A stretch of DNA of 64,000 bases from an uncultured bacterium (GTDB lineage Bacteria > Muiribacteriota > Ozemobacteria > Ozemobacterales > Ozemobacteraceae), in contig CAYRYU010000009.1 of the NCBI GenBank assembly GCA_964428355.1, positions 13,043 to 77,042 on the forward strand. Reading direction: 5' to 3'. The notes under the pieces were generated by a model. That model made no database searches. It was not told where the DNA came from and was given only the letters and a program-made list of their open reading frames with translations. A program made the translations under genes and the position numbers. Positions 57,703-64,000 of the stretch are shown piece after piece. The number at the start of each line of letters is the position of its first letter. Position 1 is the first letter of the stretch.

Positions 57703-57841
57703 CGTTTCCCGTCTCCCTCGAACAGGTCCATCACCGTGGGAAGCCATCGGTTTCCCGCGGTTTTCTTTTTCCAGCCTGAAGGGACCGGGTGTGATATACT
57801 TGAGCCGGATCCAGTTACCCGTTTCGTATGGAGGATGAAGG

Positions 57842-59191
57842 ATGGCTCGATTTTTCGGAACCGACGGCATCAGGGGCGTCGCAAACGCTTATCCGCTCAC
57901 GGGGGAGATGGCGTTCAAGATTGCCCAGGTCGCAACCAAGCACCTGTTGTTGAACCACAAAAAAAACAACCGACCCGTTTTTATCGGGAAGGATACGCGA
58001 CGATCGGGGGATTTCCTCGAACATGCCGTGGCCGCCGGAGTTGCATCGATGGGAGCTCACGCCAAACTCCTTGGGGTGGTCCCGACGCCGGCAGTGGCGT
58101 TCATAACCAAGGAACTCCAGGGCATGGGAGGGATCATGATCAGCGCCTCCCATAACCCTTTTCAGGACAACGGGATCAAGATCTTCGGAGCGGACGGTTT
58201 CAAGGTCCTCGATTCAATCGAGGACGCCATCGAAAACGACCTTGTGAACACGGGCACCCAGAAACTCCCCGGGGGGGCTGAAATCGGCACCATTTCTTCC
58301 GAGTCAACTGCGATCACCTTCTGGTTCAGCCATCTGGCGAAACTTCTGGGGGACAACCCATCCCCGAGGCGATTGAAGATCGCCCTCGACTGCGCCAACG
58401 GGGCTCTCGCTCCGTGGGCCCCCAAATTCTTCTCGGATCTCGGGTTCAGTGTCGATGCCATCGGGATCAACCCTACGGGGGTGAACATCAATGAAAAATG
58501 CGGTTCGACAAACCTTTCCGAGATAATCAAGGTGATCTCGCGAGAGCATTTCGACATGGGATTTGCCTTCGACGGGGACGCGGACCGGGTTATTGCCCTG
58601 ACCTCGCAGGGTGACATCGTCGACGGGGATTTCATCCTCGCCATTGCCGCAAAATACCTCAAACAGCAGGAGCGGTTGGCCGGGAATTCGATGGTTACCA
58701 CGGTCATGAGCAACCTCGGGCTCGACATTGCCATGAAAAGCCTCGATATCAAGGTTCTCAAGACCCGGGTGGGAGACAAATTCGTCCTCGAGGAGATGAA
58801 GAAGACCAACACCGTGATCGGTGGGGAACAATCCGGCCACATCATCTTCTCCGACTATGCCACCACCGGTGACGGGCTCCTCACGGCATGTTTCCTGTTG
58901 AAGATCATGCGTGACAGCGGAACAAGCCTCAAGGAACTCGCGGAAGTCATGAACAAGCTCCCACAGATTCTGGTCAACATCAGGGTGAAGAACAAGAATT
59001 TCGAGGGGGTCCCCCAGATCCAGGATGAAATCCGCCATTCCGAGAAGAAGCTCTCAGGGCGGGGAAGAATCCTCGTCCGTCCCTCGGGAACGGAAAACCT
59101 CGTACGGGTCATGGCCGAAGGACCCGACGAGAGGGAAATCAAGAACCTCGTGGACGGTATCGCGAAGATCATCTCATCCTACCTTTGCTGA
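57842..59191 (+). CDS. glmM: Phosphoglucosamine mutase
   Basis: MARFFGTDGIRGVAN…, active-site SASHNP, GGEQSGH. Confidence 0.95.
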   Translation: MARFFGTDGIRGVANAYPLTGEMAFKIAQVATKHLLLNHKKNNRPVFIGKDTRRSGDFLEHAVAAGVASMGAHAKLLGVVPTPAVAFITKELQGMGGIMISASHNPFQDNGIKIFGADGFKVLDSIEDAIENDLVNTGTQKLPGGAEIGTISSESTAITFWFSHLAKLLGDNPSPRRLKIALDCANGALAPWAPKFFSDLGFSVDAIGINPTGVNINEKCGSTNLSEIIKVISREHFDMGFAFDGDADRVIALTSQGDIVDGDFILAIAAKYLKQQERLAGNSMVTTVMSNLGLDIAMKSLDIKVLKTRVGDKFVLEEMKKTNTVIGGEQSGHIIFSDYATTGDGLLTACFLLKIMRDSGTSLKELAEVMNKLPQILVNIRVKNKNFEGVPQIQDEIRHSEKKLSGRGRILVRPSGTENLVRVMAEGPDEREIKNLVDGIAKIISSYLC

Positions 59192-59207
59192 TCCCGGGAG
59201 GAAGGTT

Positions 59208-59813
59208 ATGCGTCCTCTGACCTTCACGGTTCTTCTCCTGGGGTTCGTTTCTTTGCTGATCGGGGGCTGCAACTGTAAGCTTAGTTCTCCCCCCGGCTCG
59301 GACGAATCTTCCCTTCCTTCAAAAGTGGGAGTTCCGGCAAACGGCAACGGCTCGGCCAACGGCGGCAAAGCTTCGGGAACCTTCTCGTTCCAACCAGTTC
59401 CCCCGGACCAATCGGCCAGCGAAGCCGCGATAGCCGCCCGGGCTGCGATTTCGAACCTTTCCCGCCTTTCAAATGCCCAGAAGAGCGATTATGAAAGAAG
59501 ACTCAACCAGGGTGTTTCCCTTCTCCAAAGCCAGGATTACGGAAAGGCGATCCTTCTTTTCACTGAAATCCTCAAGGACTATCCCGGCACGGAGGAAGCA
59601 AGCGTCGCCGAGTTCTGCATCGCCCAGATACATTTCCGAAACAAGAACAACAACATGGCCCTGGAGACCTTCAAGAAGATTCTCGAGGCCTATCCCAACA
59701 CCCCGGCGGCGGAGCGGGCACAGGAAGGGATCGATTACCTTACCAACTTCGAAAAGTATGAGAAGGAGTATGTCTCCCCCGAAGTCGACGATCGGAAGCG
59801 GCGGGGGCGGTGA
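59208..59813 (+). CDS. TPR-repeat lipoprotein (lipobox LIGGC)
   Basis: ATG 59208 (GGGAGGAAGG Shine-Dalgarno). Signal with lipobox MRPLTFTVLLLGFVSLLIGGC. C-terminal TPR-like repeats (YbgF-like). Confidence 0.7.
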   Translation: MRPLTFTVLLLGFVSLLIGGCNCKLSSPPGSDESSLPSKVGVPANGNGSANGGKASGTFSFQPVPPDQSASEAAIAARAAISNLSRLSNAQKSDYERRLNQGVSLLQSQDYGKAILLFTEILKDYPGTEEASVAEFCIAQIHFRNKNNNMALETFKKILEAYPNTPAAERAQEGIDYLTNFEKYEKEYVSPEVDDRKRRGR

Positions 59814-59850
59814 AGAGCCCATTCCAGCGTCCTTTTGCGAGGAAAGAGAA

Positions 59851-60324
59851 ATGAGAGTGTTCGGAAAACGTGGATTCACGCTCGTCGAGGTCATGATTGC
59901 GGTCCTGATCATTTCGGCCGGAGTGATTCCCGTGGTCGCACTTTTCCTTTCCGGAACCCGTACCGTCGAGAAAGGGGGTCTGGTCCTCCAGGCCACGATC
60001 ACGGCCCAGAACATCCTCGACCGGGCAAAGAGCGACTCCTTCCTCTGGGACCACATTCCAGGAACCTTCGATTTTCCAAACAAGGATCTTCCCGATTTCA
60101 GGATTCCAGACTTTTTCGCCGAGAAGTACAAGGCGTCGGGAACGCTCCTGATCGAGTTTGCTCCCGAGCATACGGTTCTCGGCTCGGGTGAACCCGAGAC
60201 GAACCTGATCCAGCTCTCCGTCCTGATCAACTGGATCGAGAACAAGAGGCCCCGCCAGCTGAGGCTGATCACCTATCGCGGAAACACGAACAGTTTCAAC
60301 ATCAAGACCTCGACCCGCTTTTGA
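59851..60324 (+). CDS. Type IV pilin/pseudopilin-like protein (prepilin-type N-terminal cleavage/methylation domain)
   Basis: MRVFGKRG|FTLVEVMIAVLII: Gly at -1, Phe at +1, Glu at +5. Start at ATG 59851; the track's 59473 start is upstream in the same frame. Confidence 0.8.
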   Translation: MRVFGKRGFTLVEVMIAVLIISAGVIPVVALFLSGTRTVEKGGLVLQATITAQNILDRAKSDSFLWDHIPGTFDFPNKDLPDFRIPDFFAEKYKASGTLLIEFAPEHTVLGSGEPETNLIQLSVLINWIENKRPRQLRLITYRGNTNSFNIKTSTRF

Positions 60325-60335
60325 GGTGGAATGAG

Positions 60336-60956
60336 ATGACCATCGGACGAAAAGGATTCACCCTGATCGAACTTTCGATTTCCGCCATCATCGTTGCCTT
60401 GATGGCGTTCGTCATCATCTTCGTCTACCGGAGCAACCTCATCTCCTGGAAATGGGGGACGAAGCACATCGATTTCAACCAGAAGATCCAGCTGACCTCG
60501 AAGCAGATCTTCTCCGACATAAAAAAGATCAATCCCATCGTCTTCAAGGATTCCGCCGACAATTTCTGGTTCCAGGGAGAAAGGATCGGAGACCTCTTCC
60601 CCAACCTGGTCCAGATAATCGACCGTGACAAAAACCCCGACAACGGAGGCGAGGAGCTGGTTTTCTACCATACCTCCTTCCTCGGCCTTGAGGAGGAGAA
60701 CTTCATCCGCATCTTCCTCGAGAAGGATGAGCTCGTTCGTGAGAGTACCGATCGCAACGGGGTCAAGAAACGGAAGGTCGTTGCGGAGAAGATCAGCAAT
60801 CTGCATTTCCTGGCCAATCCGAGGGACATCTTCGAAGTCGTGACGAAGATGACGATCGAGGATGACCAGACCTCGGGGCTGAAGGAGGAACTGAACTTCG
60901 CCGTTCACCTGGATACCGACCTCGTCTGCGTGAAATTCATCCGGCCCGAGAGTTGA
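60336..60956 (+). CDS. Second pseudopilin/minor pilin (prepilin-type N-terminus)
   Basis: MTIGRKG|FTLIELSISAIIVAL. GAGGTGG Shine-Dalgarno 6 nt upstream. Confidence 0.8.
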   Translation: MTIGRKGFTLIELSISAIIVALMAFVIIFVYRSNLISWKWGTKHIDFNQKIQLTSKQIFSDIKKINPIVFKDSADNFWFQGERIGDLFPNLVQIIDRDKNPDNGGEELVFYHTSFLGLEEENFIRIFLEKDELVRESTDRNGVKKRKVVAEKISNLHFLANPRDIFEVVTKMTIEDDQTSGLKEELNFAVHLDTDLVCVKFIRPES

Positions 60957-60960
60957 ACAT

Positions 60961-61473
60961 ATGGCAAACCTCCTGCATACCGACCGAAAGGGATTCATCG
61001 CCTTCTACTCTTTCATCCTCCTGTTGATCCTCGGAATCTTCGGAATCGCCTATTGGTGGACATCCCGGCTAACCACGGACATGATCGTCAAGGAATCCCA
61101 CCGGATCATCGCGCGGAATTTGGCCCAGGCGGGGGTGGAGAAGGCACTGGTCCATATCATGAACCAGTACCGGCTTGGAAATCCGAGCTTCGAATACCCG
61201 ACCGGGGGAAATCTCGGCTTCAGCCGGGACAAGGCAGACAAGGAGTTCAACGTCTCGTTCGCCGATGGCTCCTACCTCGTCGAGCACATCAAGCCGTATG
61301 TCGTTCCAGGTTCCGACAGGAAGATGTCGGGAATTCCTTATTTCAAGAACCGCGTCCATGTAGGTTTCTACGACGTCTGGGATATTTCCGTCATCGGGAA
61401 GGTCGACTCGACCGGTATCAAGGTCAAGGTCCAGACACTGGCCAAGGTCATCCGTAATTTTGTACAATATTGA
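60961..61473 (+). CDS. PilX/GspK-like minor pilin-associated membrane protein (degenerate prepilin motif KG|F without Glu at +5)
   Basis: MANLLHTDRKGFIAFYSFILLLILGIF…. Confidence 0.55.
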   Translation: MANLLHTDRKGFIAFYSFILLLILGIFGIAYWWTSRLTTDMIVKESHRIIARNLAQAGVEKALVHIMNQYRLGNPSFEYPTGGNLGFSRDKADKEFNVSFADGSYLVEHIKPYVVPGSDRKMSGIPYFKNRVHVGFYDVWDISVIGKVDSTGIKVKVQTLAKVIRNFVQY

Positions 61474-61533
61474 CAGGGGAGCCTGCTTTCCCGCACTTCG
61501 GGAAGAGACCCCCAACGCGAAGGAGGAACGGAA

Positions 61534-62844
61534 ATGAAACGGGGAATGGTATATTCGTGGAGTTTTTCCCTGGCTTTCCTTCTCTTCCTGGCCTCGATGG
61601 CACAGGCCGCCTCACCGGGCGAAAAAGGGCCCGAGTTCAAGGGTTGGAAGGCCAAGGTTTCGGGGGACATCTATACCCAGGTCAAGGTGATCGAGGATAT
61701 GGACGGAGACGGCACCCGGGATCTCATCTTCGGAGCGGTCGACGGTGATATCCATGTCTTCTCGTCGAAGGGGGTCGAATATTTCCGCCCTCCCATGATT
61801 CCCATCAAGACCGGTGCCCCGATCCTCAATGAGATCTCCCTCGTCGATCTCGACAAGGACAATGTTCCCGAGATCGTCACCACCTCGATGAACGGAAAGG
61901 TATCCTGTTTCGGACGCGACGGCAGGAAACAATGGGAGTATGACACGAAGCGTGAAATCCGGATGACCTCTCCGGAGGTCGTCGACATCGACGGAACGGG
62001 CCGTATCAACATTTTCTGCGGTTCAAAAGCTGGGAGGATCATCTGCCTCGACAAGTCAGGAAGATTGACCTGGGAGCAATCCACATCCACATCGGTTTCC
62101 GGGAAACTCTCTTCTTCCGATCTCACGGGTGACGGCATCCGGGAGATACTCCTCAAGGACGACAACGGCAAGGTGATGGTGGTGAGTCCCGAAACGGGAC
62201 TTCCCACCCAGGGCTGGCCTCAATCGACGGTCCCCAACCTGACTTATCCGTTCGAGGTCGGGGCCACGGACGTAAATGGGGACGGCCTTCGCGAAGTGTA
62301 CACGACCACCCCCGAAAAGAAATTCATCCTCTGGAGACACACGGGGGAAAAAAGGAACGAGTTCAAGCTGACCGATGCGGCCCATACTGCTCCGAAGGTC
62401 GCCGACCTGAACGGGGACGGCCGCGATGAATTCATCATCGGGCAAGCAGACGGAACCATCGCCGTGTGCGACGAGAACGGGAAATCCCTTCCCGGGTTCC
62501 CATTCGAGACGAAACATTCGATCTACCACTCCCCGTCGGTGATCGATGTCAACGGAGACGGAAAGCTTGAGCTGGTTTTCACCGCCTGGAACCCCGAAGG
62601 GATAGGTGAGAAGGCCGGGTATATCATGGCCCTGAACAGGGACGGAACTCCCCTGAAGGAATACCCGAAGTACATAGGCAAGACTCTCGCCCCCCTCACC
62701 TTTGCCGATCTCGATGGGGATGGGTTCCTCGAGATGATCGCGGCGGGCGGAATCAGCTACACATGTGAACAACTCCACGTTTTCCCGACCTTTGCCCGGG
62801 TCCAGATCAAGATGGCGGTGCTCGGAGCGGAGGTTAAGTTTTGA
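61534..62844 (+). CDS. Secreted FG-GAP/VCBS-repeat beta-propeller protein (PilY1-like candidate pilus tip adhesin)
   Basis: Signal peptide. Repeated calcium-binding-like DxDGDG/DVNGDG/DLNGDG motifs every ~60 aa. Confidence 0.65.
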   Translation: MKRGMVYSWSFSLAFLLFLASMAQAASPGEKGPEFKGWKAKVSGDIYTQVKVIEDMDGDGTRDLIFGAVDGDIHVFSSKGVEYFRPPMIPIKTGAPILNEISLVDLDKDNVPEIVTTSMNGKVSCFGRDGRKQWEYDTKREIRMTSPEVVDIDGTGRINIFCGSKAGRIICLDKSGRLTWEQSTSTSVSGKLSSSDLTGDGIREILLKDDNGKVMVVSPETGLPTQGWPQSTVPNLTYPFEVGATDVNGDGLREVYTTTPEKKFILWRHTGEKRNEFKLTDAAHTAPKVADLNGDGRDEFIIGQADGTIAVCDENGKSLPGFPFETKHSIYHSPSVIDVNGDGKLELVFTAWNPEGIGEKAGYIMALNRDGTPLKEYPKYIGKTLAPLTFADLDGDGFLEMIAAGGISYTCEQLHVFPTFARVQIKMAVLGAEVKF

Positions 62845-64000
62845 CCGCTTCCAGGAAAACCAGCTGGATTTCAATATCCCTTCTTCTTGGAAACATATTC
62901 TGCATGGTGGCGGTTTTTCCTGCATTGTGTCAGGAAGCCGAGGACATCGCCGAGTTCCTGAACAAGGGGCAGGAATGCTATAACAAGCACGATCTCCAGG
63001 GTGCTGCCATCGAGTTCGAGAATGTACTGATGCTCGACTCACGGAACTTCGAAGCGAAGGTTTGGTTGGCCCAGATCTACACGGATATGAAGCTGCTCCA
63101 CAAAGCCCGCAACCTCCTGGAACAAATCCGCAAGGTTGCCCCTGAACATGCACGGGTAAAGGCCCTTTCGAAACTCATCGGAGATGAACCCGCCAAGATC
63201 ACGAAAAGGGAACCCGATCTGGTCGTCCACGAGGCACTCACCATCCTAGGCTCGGGAACCCGTCTCCGCCCCTTCGGTTTGGTCATTCCCGAAGGCAAGG
63301 TCAAGGATCCCGAGGAAGCCGCCCCCATCCAACTGGAGGAGAAAGTGGAAACGGGGGAACCCGCCCCCGAACTGGCTGGCTTCAACAAGCAGGAAGGCCC
63401 CCTGGGCGCTGTTTTCGAGGCATGGACCAGCGAGGGCTTGAACGCCGGTCTGGATGCCTATTTTCGGGCGGTCATCGACGATGTATCCCTTGCCGAAGCT
63501 GATGACCACGGGCTTTTGAAAGAAGGCCTGAAATTCTTCGAACCGAGGCTCAGAGCGAACGCCTCGGATCCGGAAACCCTCTATTATCTGGGCATGATCG
63601 CCTATTTCAACGGAGTCCTCGATCGATCCGCGAAGTTCCTCGACCCACTCAGGGGAAGTGACGGTCCCCGTCAGGAAATGCTCTCAAAGGTTCTCGCCGA
63701 TCTCGACAAGCGAAAGGCACAGGAAGAGGCACGGCTTGCCGCCATCAGAAAGGAAGAGGAGGCACGCGAAGCCGCCAAGAAAGCCGAAGCGGAGCGGCAG
63801 GCGGCGGCACAGGCAGCGGCAGCCCAGGCGTCCGCGAACACCGCCAGTCCGGGCGCCCCACTCACAGGGACCGACGCCATGCATGCCGAAGGGTACGAGT
63901 TGTATAAGAAGGGCCAGCTCGATGCCGCCATAGAAAAGTTCCAGTCCGCGATCAAGGAAAAGGCCACCGAGCCCAAGTTTTTCTACCACCTTGGCCTTGC
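62841..64000 (+). CDS. TPR-repeat protein with signal or lipoprotein-like N-terminus; truncated at its 3' end by the window edge
   Basis: Open frame from TTG 62841 (alternative ATG ~62903) running off the end and therefore absent from the ORF track. TPR-like …GQLDAAIEKFQSAIKEKATEPKFFYHLGL… and an Ala/Glu-rich coiled coil. Confidence 0.6.
   Translation, partial: MTASRKTSWISISLLLGNIFCMVAVFPALCQEAEDIAEFLNKGQECYNKHDLQGAAIEFENVLMLDSRNFEAKVWLAQIYTDMKLLHKARNLLEQIRKVAPEHARVKALSKLIGDEPAKITKREPDLVVHEALTILGSGTRLRPFGLVIPEGKVKDPEEAAPIQLEEKVETGEPAPELAGFNKQEGPLGAVFEAWTSEGLNAGLDAYFRAVIDDVSLAEADDHGLLKEGLKFFEPRLRANASDPETLYYLGMIAYFNGVLDRSAKFLDPLRGSDGPRQEMLSKVLADLDKRKAQEEARLAAIRKEEEAREAAKKAEAERQAAAQAAAAQASANTASPGAPLTGTDAMHAEGYELYKKGQLDAAIEKFQSAIKEKATEPKFFYHLGL

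Overview
This 64-kb window comes from a high-GC (~60%) bacterial chromosome; no rRNA or tRNA genes and no CRISPR arrays were seen. It has three parts, plus a short 5' segment (59–1544) with two small terminator-bounded units on opposite strands.

1. Positions 1.6–13.8 kb are a compact same-strand housekeeping block with tiny gaps or overlaps: ffh–rpsP–KH protein–rimM–trmD–rplS–lepB–rbgA(ylqF)–phoH–pgpH (7TM-HD)–ybeY–two CorC/HlyC CBS transporters.

2. Positions 13.9–26.1 kb are a mixed signalling and housekeeping block: two exported ankyrin-repeat proteins, DUF502, DUF3048, era, and a membrane protein with a cyclase-like domain and HEAT repeats. These are followed by an NtrC-type sigma-54 activator and, immediately downstream, a near-consensus sigma-54 promoter driving ptsN (EIIA-Ntr) and an RsbW-like HATPase kinase, then ndk.

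3. Positions 26–50 kb are an accessory, cell-surface-rich segment. It contains an AsmA-like protein that overlaps a FapA/DUF342 gene convergently, and an Ig-like/SLH-domain surface protein. It contains a 1517-aa protein combining beta-trefoil (fascin-like), Vps62/DUF946-like and jacalin-like domains with an unknown ~800-aa C-terminus. It contains an apparently orphan RES-domain (NAD-targeting) toxin gene and a Sel1-repeat protein. It contains a 2701-aa adhesin-like protein with about 15 Big_5/SbsA Ig-like repeats, two PPC domains and a C-terminal RCC1 beta-propeller. It ends with a PLP decarboxylase and a small leaderless secreted-protein gene flanked by four copies of a GGGGACATGAGAA motif, including a palindrome with 23-bp arms.

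From 50.3 kb a V/A-type ATPase operon of the E–DUF2764–A–B–D–I–K type is followed by glmM, a TPR lipoprotein, a minor-pilin/PilY1-like cluster and a TPR gene that runs off the window end. Several sigma-70 promoters and rho-independent terminators are readable directly from the sequence.
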